Source: Heptranchias perlo (Eukaryota). From it: a stretch of 64,000 nt of DNA. Positions 36,634 through 50,044 of the stretch are shown here, piece after piece. Both the position numbers and the translations under genes were made by a program. The stretch spans positions 9,362,001-9,426,000 of the forward strand of contig NC_090338.1 of NCBI RefSeq assembly GCF_035084215.1. The letters run 5' to 3'. The notes beneath the pieces were generated by a model, which was given only the letters and a program-made list of their open reading frames with translations, was not told the origin of the DNA and did not search any database. Each line of letters starts with the position of its first letter. Position 1 is the stretch's first letter.

Positions 36634-37414
36634 GTGAGGCGATTCTAAAAAGAATCTTCATGAGTTCTATTTGGATTACCATACATGAAAATTGGGAGAT
36701 GGGGGAGATACCCAATAGTCAGAATTCTGAGTTTGTGTTGTTGCTTTATTTCCAGAATTATTTCAGGGGCCACTCCTTTATGTTGTAGAACCCCAGGTTG
36801 CATTCACTCATTGCTTAACGATTAAGCTGGATACCAATAGTACATTCTCCAAAGAAAATGCGCAATCTACGTATGGTATAAATTATTGGTATAGTTAATA
36901 GCATCTATATCTCATAAGACAACATCCCACACTCGCTTCTACAGTGTTTTATAACGGTTATGTAAGAATTGGTTGAGCCAATTCCTTACCATTGCTGTTC
37001 CATCTAATCATTCTTATTTGGTAATGGGAGATCGTCATAACAATAACATTGCTTAATATTTTAATTATGCAAGAAGTTTGATATCGGTTTCAATCAGTAG
37101 ACGTTAATATTACGATTACATCGAGTGGAATGGGGTTACCAACAAGAAGATTAAATTAGAGCCGATGTGTCTCATTCTAGTTTTCAGCAGCACATTTAAG
37201 GTTTTAACTCAATATTCATGGGGGGAGGGAGATTTATTCCGTGAGTTCGGGCAGCGAAATTACAAACCGGTTCAGTGCAAACGTTGTTTACGGTTTCCTA
37301 CACCGAACTTACAAAGGATAGTGCATAACTCCTCGCCCATGAAGCACGAAAACAAGTGCTTTTCAGGATTTTCTGGATATCTTATCCTAATGATGTAAGC
37401 TATATACTCATAGA

Positions 37415-37670
37415 TAGGCGACATGAGGAAACATTTTATTTACGCAGCCAGTTGTAATGATCTGGAATGCACTGCCTGAAAGGGTGATGAAAGCAGATTC
37501 ACTAGTAATTTTCAAAAGGGAATTGAATAAATACTCGAAGGGGAAAAATTTACAGGGCTATGGGGAAAGAGCAGGGGAACGGGACAAATTGGATAGCTCT
37601 TTCAAAGACCCGTCACAGGCACGATGGGCTGATTGGCCCCCTCCAGTGCTGTACTTATTATGCTACTATA
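37415..37670 (+). mobile_element. CR1-type 3' tail
   Basis: ORF 37457-37687 (IWNALPERVMKADS..FKRELNKY); absent from the paralogous positions in units 2 and 3. Confidence 0.8.
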
Positions 37671-37800
37671 ATGATGTTATCAAATAATAGATAAGCAGAG
37701 AACTATAAACTACGCAAATTTTGAAAACATTCGTTGGTTGCATTTTTGTTGCACAACCATAAATGTGAAATTAACTTAGTGATTTTTTTCGAAGGCATTT

Positions 37801-37910
37801 CAGCTTTAAGAAATGCTCAGAAGCCTGATTGGTTGCATGTGTTTATGTTTCCATCACCAATCAGAAGCTGCAATGTGACTGGAGATCCTGAATGCCCCTT
37901 CCCTTCCCAT
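37801..37910 (+). promoter_or_regulatory. cPcdh promoter cassette (V5)
   Basis: CTTTAAGAAAT 37804, ATTGG 37828, CCAAT 37857, GACTGGAGATCC 37877. Confidence 0.78.
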
Positions 37911-38133
37911 CCACCATTGCGCAGATCAGCCACAGTTCAGTGTTAAACCTCGCGCCGCGCATCTTTGTAAGCGGTTTTGCATTCGCATCCAATGGTGATT
38001 TTCTCAGAAATAAGAAGGTCCGTCAGAAGTAATCGTAAGATTTTTAAACCCACGGGTATTTTTGTGTAATCTGCTACTTGCACTATCGAACCAAGCTGTC
38101 GCGCTGAAACAATTGGGATGCTTTGTGCTGGAA

Positions 38134-40590
38134 ATGAGATATTATAAACGACACTGGCTGTTAAAATGGTCTCTGTTGTACTGCGTGTTCTCCTTCTGGG
38201 ATCTAATTTCTGGACAGATTCGCTATTCAATTCCTGAAGAGCTGCAGCTAGGTGCTTTTGTTGGGAATATCGCTGAGGATTTGGGTTTAGACGTGAAGGA
38301 ACTCTCAGCTCGCAGTTTTCGGGTTGTGCCTGGTCCCTCAAGGCAGTATTTCGACGTGAATTTGAACAATGGTAATTTATTTGTAAAGGAAAAGATTGAC
38401 AGGGAGCAGCTCTGTGGGCCGAGCGCGACGTGTGTGTTATCCTTAGAAACAGTGATCGAAAATCCTTTCAGCCTGTACGATATTGAAGTGGAGATTCTGG
38501 ATGTGAATGACAATGCTCCTACTTTTCCAAAAAATCTGTTCCACCTCGAAATCTCAGAGATGGCCGCACCGGGAAGACGCTATCCCCTTGAGTGCGCGCA
38601 CGACCCAGACGTAGGAACCAACTCACTGCAATCGTACCAGCTCGTTGCAAACGAATACTTCGCTTTAAATGTTGAGAGCCGAAATGGGAATGAAGACATG
38701 CCAGTGTTAGTTTTGGAAAAGCCCCTGGATAGAGAAAAGACATCTAGTCACAGATTAGTGCTAATTGCCAAAGACGGCGGGGTCCCTGAGCGGTCTGGTA
38801 CTGCTCAGATAATAATCAGAGTACAAGATGCCAACGACAACACACCTTTGTTCCCTCAGCCAGTTTATAGGGTAAGTCTGTTGGAAAATATACCTAAAAC
38901 AACATTGGTGATCAAGCTAAATGCCACTGATTTGGATGATAGTTCTAACGGAGAGATTGTGTACTCTTTCAGTAGTCATACCTCTGTTAGAGTCCGTGAG
39001 CTGTTTGCCTTGGATTCCAAAACTGGTGAAATCAGAGTCAAGGAAAATTTAAACTATGAAGAGAACAGTGTCTTTGAGATAAATATACAAGCAATGGACA
39101 AAGGACCTTATGCAATTCCTGCTTATTGTCACGTGTTAGTTCAGATTGAGGATATAAATGATAACGCCCCTGAGGTGACGGTTTCTACCCTGTTCAGTCC
39201 AATTCCAGAACACTCTGTGCCCGGGACGGTGGTGGCTCTAATCAGTGCAACAGACAAAGATTCAGGAGAAAATGGGCTGGTAGAATGTCAAGTTACAAAT
39301 AACCTTTCTTTTCAATTGGACTCATCCTCCAAGAAATACTTAACATTGCGTACACAACAGGTACTTGATCGTGAAAATATCTCGAGGTACGAAGTTACTG
39401 TCCTCTGCAGTGATTCAGGGTCTCCACCTCTCACATCCAAAAAAGTCATCCTGGTTGAGGTTTCGGATATAAATGACAACGCTCCACGTTTTGCACAGCC
39501 TTTATATACAGCTTACGTGATGGAGAACAATGTTATTGGGACGTCTATCTTTTCAGTGACAGCTTTTGATCCAGATTTAAATCAGAACTCGCGGTTAAAC
39601 TATTCTATCACGACGACTCAGGTTCAGGGCGAGTCAGTGCTCAATTACGTCTACATCCAATCAGAAAAGGGAGTCATATTTTCTCAAAGATCTTATGACT
39701 ACGAGATACTCAAAAACTTCCAGATCCAAGTTCAGGTCCAGGACTCTGGTGTCCCACCACTCTCCAGCAACGTCTCAGTGGAGGTAATTATCCTTGATCA
39801 GAATGACAATGCTCCGGTGATCGTGCATCCAACGCCCGAGTATGGATCTGCAGTAACAGAGACAGTATCTCGATTCGCAGAACCAGGCTATCTAGTTGCC
39901 AAGGTGTCGGCCACTGATGCCGACTCTGGCCAGAATGCTCGCCTCTCTTACCAGATTCTCCAGACTACTGACCCTGGACTTTTTACTATTTCAGTGGACA
40001 CAGGCGAAATCTGGACAATCCGTGGGATTACGAGCAAAGATGGCACGAAGCAAAGGTTGGTCATCGGAGCAAAAGACAATGGTTCACCGCCGCTTTCAAC
40101 TACAATGACAATCATCTTATCACTGACAGACGGTGATACAGAAATGTTTTCTGACGTGAGCAATTTCTCTAAAGAGCCTGGGTCCTTTGGTGACATTAGC
40201 CTTTATTTAGTCATATCGTTAGGGATAACCTCATCTATTTTTCTCGTGGTTTTAATTATCCTCGTCATTAAGGTACATAAAAACAGAAACCGGTTTGGTG
40301 CCCATAATGACTCTCTGGACACGTGTTGTTGCTTCGAAACACGAAATTCGTTGAACGAAATTCAAAAAGCCAGCAGAAATCTTGAAATAGTTCCGAACTA
40401 TGTGGATGTATTTGGGGGCGATCCACTTTCTCAAAGCTTCCGCTATGGGACGTGTTCGACTTCAGGTACGACCAAGACAGACGCTATGTTTCCTAACATG
40501 TACAGTTCATCTACATCGAAGAATAACGCCACGAGAGAGAATGAAGAAATTATCCGGAATTCAAACTGCAAGAACGCTCTAAATAGCGAG
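38134..40590 (+). CDS. Clustered protocadherin variable exon V5; unspliced frame stops at 40605
   Basis: 847-aa ORF; ATG 38134 (MRYYKRHW); 6 EC repeats, TM; donor GAG|GTGAGG. Confidence 0.94.
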
Positions 40591-41137
40591 GTGAGGTGCT
40601 TCTGAAAATAAAAACACTTTTGAGTTTGATTTGGATGTAAAGATATCCGCTAAAGTATTGAAGCGCATGGTTCTGTCTTTGTCTAGTTGATGACAGAGCA
40701 ACGGCAGGTATGAGTAAAATTCCCACATCTGAACTTGTTTTGCTATTTCTGTCCCTAATATTTATGCCTAAACAAGGCACCATTCAAGTTTTAAATTGCT
40801 ACGTCTAGGTGGTGTGTCATGGGCCATTGTGCAGAATAGCAACAATGTGCAAAGTATAGGTGAAAAGACGAGATCCGTCAAATATTGGCTAAAAGACACC
40901 AAGATTGGTTTATCGTATTTTGCATCATCAAGGAGACTGAAAGAATCAAGATATTCCACACTTTTGAGGTTCTGCGTGATAATGAGGTAGAATAGGAGAC
41001 GGTGAGATTGGCCTGAATTCGGGGAGAAGGACGAGTGGTAGATATATTCTTGAAGTTTAGGAGAAGCAAGAAAAAAAATGAGAGCACTAAAATAGGCACA
41101 GTACTATGGATAAGGCTGATAGAAAAGTTGTGATGTA

Positions 41138-43040
41138 CATAGAAACATAGGAACAGGAGCAGGCCATTCAGCACCCTCGAGCCTGTATCACTATTCAATT
41201 AGATCATGACTGGTCTGTATCTTAAATCCATCTACTCGTCTTGGTTTCGTAGCCCTTAATACGCTTGCTGAACGAAAATATATCAATTTCAGTTTTTAAA
41301 TTTTCAACTGACCCAGTCTCAATAGCTTTTTGTGGGAGAGAGTTCCAGATTTCTACTACCCTTTGTGCGAAGAAATGTTTGCTGATATCACCCCTGAACG
41401 GCCTAGCTCTAATTTTAAGGTTATGCCCCTTATTCTGGACTCACCCACACGTGTAAATAGTTTCTCTTTGTCTACCCTATCAAAACCTTTAATCATCTTA
41501 AACAGTTCATTAAATTGGCCCTTAACCTTCTATAGGGAAATGCAAGCCTGGTCTATGCAACCTGTCCTCATTATTTAACCTGGTAATTCTACGCTGCACA
41601 CTCTCCAAGGCCAGTATATCCTTCCTGAGGTGCGTTACCCAGAACTGCATGCAGTACTCCAGATGGGGTCTAAACAGGGCTCTGTGCAGCTGTGAGATAA
41701 CTTCCATCCCTTTGTATTGATTTGGTTAGGAGATTGGTTTGGCGGTAGAAGGCAGAGAGTAGGGTTACTTGGTATGTACTCGAATTGGAAGGAATTGACT
41801 AGTGGTGACCCACAAAGGTCTGTGCTGGGACCTCAACTATTTACTATATTTATTAATGACATGGATACCACAATAGAGAGACAGGTTTTTCGATGGCACA
41901 ACGATTGGTGGCGTAGTAAGTAGTGTACACGGGAACATAAAATTACAAAGATACATTGATAGATTAAATGAGTGGGCAAAACTGTGGCAGATGGATTTCA
42001 ACACAGGTATGTATGAGCTCATCCATTTTGGAACAGAAAGATGATCCGTGCATGTTTTAAATGATGAAAAGCTAGGAACAGGGGGGTACAAAGGGATTTA
42101 GGGGTCCATGTACACGGATCATTAAAATGTAGTAGTCAGGTACAAAAAATAATCAACAAGGCTAATGGAATGTTAGCCTTTATAACCAAAGGGCTAGAAT
42201 ATAAAGGGGAGCAAGTTTTGCTACAGCAGTACAACGTCCTGGTTAGACCACATCTGGAGAACTGCGTACAGTTTTGGGCATCGCAACTTAGAAATGACAT
42301 ATTGACCTTGGAAAGAGTGCAGTGCAGGTTCATCAGCATGTTACCAGGGCTCTAAGGGTTAGATTATCAGGAGAGATTACATAAACTAGGCTTGTATTCC
42401 CTGGACTATCGAATGTTAAGGGATGGTTTGATTGAGATGTTTAGGATTGTGAAAGAAATTGATAAGATGGATGGAGAGAAACGTTTTAATCGTGAAGGAG
42501 TCTAGGACAAGGGCACATAAGCTTATAATCATAGCCAGGCGATTAAGGAGAGAAGTTAGAAAACACTTCAAATTTTAAATCTGAGATCAATAGATTTTTG
42601 CGAGCCGAGGGTAATAAGGGATATGGAGCCAAGGCGGGTGGATGGGGTTAGGATACAGATCAGCCATGATCTCAGTGAATGGCCGAACAGGCTCGACGGG
42701 TTGAATAGCCTATTCCTGTTCCTATGTTCTTATGTATTCCAACCCTCTTGAGATAAAGGCCTACATTCCATTAGCCTTTTAAATTATCGTTTGTACCTGA
42801 CCACTAGCTTTTAGTGATTTCTGTACTTGGACCCCTAAATCTCTCTGCTTATCCACAGTTCCTAGCTTCTCGCCATTTAGAAAATACTCTGATTTATCTT
42901 TCTTACATCCAAAGTGGATGAACTCACACTTTCCCACATTGAACTCCATCTGCCACAGTTTTGCCCACTTAATCTATCAATGTCCCTTTGCAACTTTCTG
43001 CTCCCATCTACACTATTTACTGTGCCACCTAACTTAGTGT
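41138..43040 (-). mobile_element. Minus-strand CR1 fragment (shared by all three duplication units), interrupted by a nested plus-strand CR1
   Basis: Tail at 41138-41160; ORF 41522-41707 (RPHLEYCMQFW); resumes 42739-43040 (LQRDIDRL). Confidence 0.8.
41719..42732 (+). mobile_element. Nested CR1 3' fragment, unit-1 specific
   Basis: ORFs 41717-41923 and 42170-42355; flanked by TGTATT at 41713-41718 and 42733-42738 (candidate TSD). Confidence 0.82.
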
Positions 43041-44251
43041 CTATCGAGAGACTGTAGAGAGAGGGAGAAACGTTTGATGTCAGTAGTGAGAAAAGGATCA
43101 TCTATCAGACAACAGGCTTTTTGAGCTTAATATTATGTTGACCATAAGGATGCGCTTGTATTCATTCGCTGTTATTTTTTTCGAATTCTTTAAGTGGCTT
43201 ATGTACACCATAAGAACGTGCCCTCACACGAGCTAGCTATGTTTTGTCACACTACTACATATCAAAAGTCAGGAAGTAACGGAGAAAAATCGTGACTAAA
43301 TGCATAACTGCCATAAAAGCATAGGTAAGGGTGGATTTGCAAGTATTAGTTCATTGCTGATTCTACTCTATGTTTAGTGGAGTACTGGATTCATATTTGA
43401 TGTTGGCAGAAATTGAAACAAATATTTCTCCTAATGTTTTGTTTGACTTCTGGAATAAATAAAAATAATACTATTTAATTTGAACTTTATTGGAGAATTT
43501 GTGTGTTAGGAACAGAGTGATGTTGGCATTGGATAATTGAACAGTTTCCCATTTCAAGCATTGCCATTGTGGAACAGTCTCAGGTCAGGCATAGCACAAT
43601 TTAAATGCACAGTGAATCTCCTCTTGTTTGTTTCAATATGTGCCTCAAACTCAACTTCAGATCCCTGGTCGATAGACTCAGTTTGATATTTCACATTAAT
43701 ACACCAGCCTTGGTCCCTTTGAGTGAGGATGTCAAATGGGTGCTAAATTAGAGGCAGCATTGTGCAGCGGGACTATGCCCACTGGTAACTGTTCCACATA
43801 GAACTCTTATATCCGGAAGAGAGAGAAGACATTCATCCCAACAATCTTGGTTGGATTAGTCCAAATGCCTTAAAAGACAATATGCTAATCCACGGTGCCA
43901 TCTATTCCCTAATATTGGTGTCATCAACAGCAGACAGTGGTCCAATTGTTCACCGTCGCAGAACAACTATGATACTAATCATAAGATGTAAAATGATTTT
44001 AGATGTAGTCAGCGAAGCACTAACGGAAATAATTGGGTTGACTCATACGCGTACAATGAATTAAAATGTGTATTTTAGAAATGTCGGTTTGCATGTGTTC
44101 TTTCACGGTGACTTTAGAAGATTGACTATAAGTCTATTCTTGAAGAACAGCTTAGTACAGTAAAGGAAAGATCCAAAGTAATAAAATAAAAGATTGCATG
44201 AATTTTTGAGTAGACAACAATAAATTTGGACAAAGGATTGCAAAGACGCTG

Positions 44252-44350
44252 TAACTTTAAGAGATGCAGAGTATCGTCATTAGTTAAATTTCAGAGTTAA
44301 TATTTTCACCAATGAGAAGCTGAAATGTGACTGGAGATCATGACAACCCG
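44252..44350 (+). promoter_or_regulatory. Degenerate promoter cassette of pseudogene P3
   Basis: CTTTAAGAGAT 44255, ATTAG (broken ATTGG) 44279, CCAAT 44309, GACTGGAGATCA. Confidence 0.68.
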
Positions 44351-44549
44351 CTTCTGCCATTACGCACTAGCCGATACATTGCAAAACTAAATGGCGAGCT
44401 GTGCAATGTTGTTAGGTTTTCTGTGAATGTCTTGCAGAAAATGGCAGAGATAATCATTTCAGCATTCAAAATGTACAGGGATTTTAAACTAGGTAGCTCT
44501 TCTGGTGGACAAAATTCAGACATGAACTTTATTCCAAGGAATTTCAGAA

Positions 44550-45100
44550 CTCTGTAATGGGCAGGATGTGAACATACAAATTTTGTTGGCGTGCAACTGA
44601 ACATCGCTATGAGACTTTTAATACCAACACCGAAGGTCCAGCTTCATATCCTCCTACATAGCTTGCCATCACCTCTCAGAAGAGAAACAGCAATCACCAG
44701 AGAATACAATCGGGGCCTAGCAAAGTCAGAGCTGCTTATTAATGAAGATCTCCAGAATGTCTCGAGATGCCACATTTAGTACAAGAACCCCTTTTGGTCA
44801 GCGGCTGAAACGTTCAACACCTCAGAAATCACACCGGAGGATGTGGGAAACCAGCGAGGTCAAGAATCAGGAGCTGATTATGAACCCCGTGGCTTCACCA
44901 TGCCATGTAAAATATGGATCACTCCGATCTGTATCAGAACTTCATATAGACTCTGCAACCACCTTCTACATAAATAGAAGAAGGATAGCCGTTTGTGCAA
45001 CTGTGCAGAGACTACCCAAAACAATGTGAACTATTGCTCACTAAGATCTCTCCTCGGAAGAATATATTCATATCACCAGAGTCCACAGAGTGCACGAAGA
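44550..45100 (+). mobile_element. Decayed Vingi/Ingi-like LINE 3' fragment between the P3 promoter and ATG
   Basis: ORF 44591-44779 (VQLNIAMRL..PTP...LHIL....PLRRETAITREY) and downstream GFTMPCKIWIT..CIRT...CNHLLHK..CNC resemble the Ingi/Vingi ORF C-terminus (recognised from memory). Confidence 0.55.
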
Positions 45101-45205
45101 ACTGGAGCGTCGACATTTAATGTTGCTTTACAAGCTGAAATACGAAAGAAAGAAGACTGAATGGTGGCTACCGTTCCGAAACATTTGAAAGGCTGTTTGT
45201 TGGAA

Positions 45206-46470
45206 ATGGAATATTTTAAAATAAGTGCGTCACTAAATTGACAACTGTTATGGTTTATGTTCCTTTGCTGCAATTTGGTTTACGGACAGATTCGTTATTC
45301 AATTCCTGAAGAACTGCAACTGGGTGCCTGTGTTGGGAATATTGCGGTCGATTTGGGTTTAGATGCATGATAACTCTCAGCTCGCATTTTTCCGGTTGAG
45401 TATTGTCCGGGAAAACATCATTTGGACGTAAATTTAAACAATGGAATGTTGTTTGTGAAGTAATTGCTTTTTGGGCACAGCATCACTTGCATATTGCATT
45501 AAAAGAATGTGAATGAAAAGCCCCTCAATCCCTGCCGAACTAATGTGGATATTCTAGATGTAAATGACAATTCTCCGACTTTCCTAAAGAGTCAGTTCTA
45601 TCTGGAAATCTCACAGGTAGTTGTACCAGAGGCGAGCTTCACCCTTAACTTTGTGTGCAAGTTCCGGACGTTGGAAGCAAATCCCTACGAGCTTGTTCTG
45701 AACGATTATTTCATTCCAAAGATACAAATCCGGAGTGGTGATGGGAAGTTTCGTGTGTTTGTTCGAGAAAACTCCTTGGACAGAGGAAGATAATTGACAC
45801 ACAAGTGTGTCCTAATCGCTAAAGATGGTGGAGTCCCTAAAAGATCTGCAACTGCTTAGATAACAGTTGTAGTACAGGGTGCCCACAGTACGGCGCATAC
45901 CTTTACCAAGTCAATTTACAAAGTCAGCTCGTTAGAAGACTCACCCAATGGTAACCAAACCAAACGCTCCTGATTGGGCGATGGTTCCAATCGAGAGATG
46001 GTGTACTTTTTAGACAGACTCAAGAAGCTCAACACCATCCAGGACAAAGCAGCCTGCTTGATTGGCACCCCATCCACCACCTTAAACATTCACTCCATTC
46101 ACCACTGGCGCATGGTAGCTGCAGTGTGTACCATCTACAGGAAGCAATGCAGCAACTCACCAAGGCTTCTTCGACAACCTCGACCACCTAGAAGGACTAG
46201 GGCAGCAGGCACATGGGAACAACACCACCTGCAACTTGGAAATATATCGCTGTTGCTTCATCGTCGCTGGGTGAAAATCCTGGAACTCCCTACCTAACAG
46301 CACTGCGGGTGAACCTTCACCACACGGACTCCAGCGGTTCAAGAACGCGGCTCACCACCACCTTCTCAAGGGCAATTAGAGATGGGAAATAAATCCAGGC
46401 CTTGCCAGCGATATCCACATCCCATGAGCGAATTAAATAAATGACAGCCGTACATCTGCTAGAGAGTGTG
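45206..46470 (+). pseudogene. 3'-truncated cPcdh variable exon P3 (SP to early EC3)
   Basis: ggacagattcgttattcaattcctgaagaactgcaactgggtgcc ([15 protein letters not shown]); ORF 45509-45793 (DILDVNDNSPTF); stops and deletions; ends at cagccgtacatctgctagagagtgtgagct. Confidence 0.85.
46011..46441 (+). mobile_element. 3' end of the second LINE family, inserted in P3 only
   Basis: ORF 45974-46297 (KKLNTIQDKAACLIGTPSTTLNIHS); tail ttctcaagggcaattagagatggg..atcccatgagcgaat. Confidence 0.85.
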
Positions 46471-46477
46471 AGCTAGC

Positions 46478-46750
46478 AATATAGGAACATAAGTAATTCA
46501 TTCAATCCCTCGATCCTGCTCCGCCATTCAGTTAGATAGTGGCTGATCTGTAGCTAAACTCCATTTACCCACCTTAGTTCCACATCCCCTGGAACCCTTA
46601 CCTAACCGAAATCCATCTCAGGATTGAGGGCTACAATTGTCCCAGCATCCACGGCCGATTGGGGGAGAGAAATCCAGATTTGTACTACCCTTTGTGTGAA
46701 AATGTACTTCTTGATTTCCCTTCTAAATGGCCTAGCTCTAATTTTAAGAT
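46478..46750 (-). mobile_element. Old CR1 3' tail at the P3 truncation point (paralogous copy 57503-57780)
   Basis: ataggaacataag..cctgctccgccattcagttagatagtggctgatctg..aatggcctagctctaattttaag. Confidence 0.7.
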
Positions 46751-47206
46751 TCGGTACACGTAGGCGTTATTGTACCAGTCCCTTACCAGTGCTGTTCCAC
46801 CTCTATTATTAGTGGTTAAAGAGACATCGTCAAAACAATGACAGTTCTTAATAATTTAATTTAATTATATAAGAAATAAAGGTTCCAATTAGTGAGTGTT
46901 AATACTACGATTACTGTGGGGTGGAGTGGAGTTGCCAACAACAGCATTAAACTGGAGTTAATGTAATTGATTCTAGCTTTCAGCAGCACATTTAAGGTAA
47001 ACAACTCCTCACTATGAAGCACTAAATTAGGTGTATTTTAGGATTTTTTGGCTAGCTTAACCGAATGATATGGGCTATATACTGCTATTAAAGGATATGT
47101 TAGCAGAGAAATATTATCACTGCAAATTTTGAAAACATTGTATCGTTGCATTTTTGATTGAACAACCATAAATGTGAAATGGACGCAGTGATTTTCCAAG
47201 ACATTC

Positions 47207-47320
47207 CAGCTTTAAGAAATACTCAGAAGCCTGATTGGTTGAATGTGATTATGTCTCCATCCACCAATCAGAAGCTGCAATGTGACTGGAGATCCTGACT
47301 GGCCCCTTCCCTTCCCATCC
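47207..47320 (+). promoter_or_regulatory. cPcdh promoter cassette (V6)
   Basis: CTTTAAGAAAT 47210, ATTGG 47234, CCAAT 47264, GACTGGAGATCC 47284. Confidence 0.78.
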
Positions 47321-47587
47321 ACCATTGCGCACGTTCAGCCACAGTTCAGTGTTGGAACAGCGGGCCGCACAGCATCGTAAGCGGTTTTGCATTCGAATCC
47401 AATGGTGATTTTCAGCAGAAATAAGAAGGTCGGCACACAAATAATCACAAGACTTTTAAACCTACAGGTATTTTTGTGTAATCTGCCACTTCCACTTGGG
47501 AATTTTTAAAAATATAAATAACTTAAATCGAAGGAATTATTGAACCAAGCTGTCGCGTTGAAACAATTGGGATGCTTTGTGCTGGAA

Positions 47588-50044
47588 ATGAGATATTATA
47601 AACGACACTGGCTGTTAAAATGGTCTCTGCTGTGCGGCGTGTTCTCCTTTTGGGATCTAATTTCTGGACAGATTCGCTATTCAATTCCTGAAGAGCTGCA
47701 ACTAGGTGCCTTTGTTGGGAATATCGCTGAGGATTTGGGTTTAGACGTGAAGGAGCTCAAAGCTCGCAGTTTTCGAATTGTGCCTGGTCCCAGGAAGCAG
47801 TATTTCGACGTAAATCTGAACAATGGTAATTTACTTGTAAAGGAAAAGATTGACAGGGAACAGTTCTGTGGGCCGAGTGCGACGTGTGTGTTATCTTTAG
47901 AAACAGTGATCGAAAACCCTTTCAGCCTGTACGATACTGAAGTGGAGATTCTGGATGTAAATGACAATGCTCCTACTTTTCCAAAAAGCCAGTTCCACCT
48001 TGAAATCTCAGAGATGGCCGCACCGGGAAGACGCTATCCCCTTGAGTGCGCGCACGACCCAGACGTAGGAACCAATTCACTGCAATCGTACCAGCTCGTT
48101 GCAAACGAATACTTCGCTTTAAATGTTGAGAGCCGAAATGGGAATGCAGACATGCCAGTGTTAGTTTTGGAAAGGCCACTGGATAGAGAAAAGACATCTA
48201 GTCACAGATTAGTGCTAATTGCCAAAGACGGCGGGGTCCCTGAGCGGTCCGGAACAGCTCAGATAATAATCAGAGTACAAGATGCCAACGACAACTCGCC
48301 TATGTTCCCCCAGTCAGTTTATAGGGTAAGTCTGTTAGAAAATATGCCCAAAGGAACATTGGTAATGAAGCTAAATGCCACTGATTTGGATGATGGTTCC
48401 AATGGAGAGATTATTTATTCTTTTACTAGTCATACCTCTGTTAGAGTCCGTGAGCTCTTTGGTCTGGATTCCAAAACTGGTGAAATCAGAGTCAAGGGAA
48501 ACTTAGATTATGAAGAGAACAGTGTTTTTGAGATAAATGTACAAGCAATGGACAAGGGAGCTCACGCAATTCCTGCGTATTGTCATGTGCTGGTTCAGAT
48601 TGAGGATATAAATGATAACGCCCCTGAGGTGACGGTTTCCACCCTTTTCAGTCCAATTCCCGAAGACTCTGCGCCCGGGACGGTGGTGGCTCTAATCAGT
48701 GCAACAGACAAAGATTCAGGAGAAAATGGGCTGGTCGAATGTCATGTCGCAAATAACATTCCTTTTCAACTGGATTCATCCTCCAAGAAATACTTAACAT
48801 TGCGTACACAACAGGCACTTGACCGTGAAAATATCTCGAGGTACGAAGTCACTGTCCTCTGCAGTGATTCAGGGTCTCCTCCTCTCACATCCAAAAAAGT
48901 CATCCTGGTGGAGATTTCGGATATAAATGACAACGCGCCCCGCTTTGCACAGCCGTTATATACAGCTTACGTGATGGAGAACAATGCTATTGGAGCGTCT
49001 ATCTTTTCAATGACAGCTTTTGATCCAGATTTAAACCAGAACTCTCGGCTAAACTATTCTATCACGACGACTCAGGTTCAGGGCGAGTCAGTGCTCAACT
49101 ATATCGACATCCAATCAGAAAAGGGAGTCATATTTTCTCAAAGATCTTTTGACTACGAGACACTGAAAAACTTTCAGATCCAAGTTAAGGTCCAGGACTA
49201 TGGAGTCCCACCACTCTCCAGCAACGTCTCAGTGGAGGTAATTATCCTTGATCAGAATGACAATGCTCCGGTGATCGTGCATCCAACACCAGAGTATGGA
49301 TCTACAGTAACAGAGACAGTATCTCGATTCGCAGAACCGGGCTATCTAGTTGCCAAGGTGTCGGCCACTGATGCCGACTCTGGCCAGAATGCTCGCCTCT
49401 CTTACCAAATGCTCCAGACTGCTGACCCTGGACTTTTTACGATTTCACCTGATACAGGCGAAATCTGGACAATCCGTGGGATTAGGAGCAAAGATGGCAC
49501 GAAGCAAAGGTTGGTTATCGGGGCAAAGGACAATGGTTCACCGCCGCTTTCAGCTACAATGACAATCATCTTATCACTGACAGACGGCGATACAGAAATG
49601 CTTTCTGACGTGAGTAGTTTGTCTGACGTTCCTGGATCCGTTGGTGACATTAGCCTTTACTTAGTCATATCATTAGGGATAACCTCATCTATTTTTCTCA
49701 TAGTTTTAATTATCCTCGCCGTTAAGGTTCATAATAACAGAAACCGCTTTGTTGCCAATAATGGTTATCTGAGCTCATGTTGTTGCTTCGAAGCACGAAA
49801 TTCTTTGAACGGAATTCAAAAAGCCAGTAAAAATCTTGAAATAGTTCCGAACTACGTCGAAGTATTTGGAGGCGATCCACTTTCTCAAAGCTTCCGCTAT
49901 GGGACGTGTTCGACTTCGGGTACGGCCAAGAGAGACGCTATGTTTCCTAACATGTACAGTTCATCTACACGCAAGAAAAACGTCACAAGAGGGAATGAAG
50001 AAATTCTCCGGAATTCGAACTGCCAGAACACTGTAAACAGTGAG
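47588..50044 (+). CDS. Clustered protocadherin variable exon V6; unspliced frame stops at 50059
   Basis: 839-aa ORF, close paralogue of V5; ATG 47588; donor GAG|GTGAGG. Confidence 0.94.

Noticed and set aside
38062-38133. Upstream GTG/TTG starts given by the ORF track (also 1704, 10761, 34126, 47540, 58592)
   Set aside because: Bacterial-style starts are not expected in a vertebrate; the first in-frame ATG aligns across paralogues and precedes the signal peptide, and the extension lengths are inconsistent
43540-43800. Possible old LF-SINE-like element (paralogue ~53270-53520)
   Set aside because: Resemblance is only from memory and too degraded to support without an alignment
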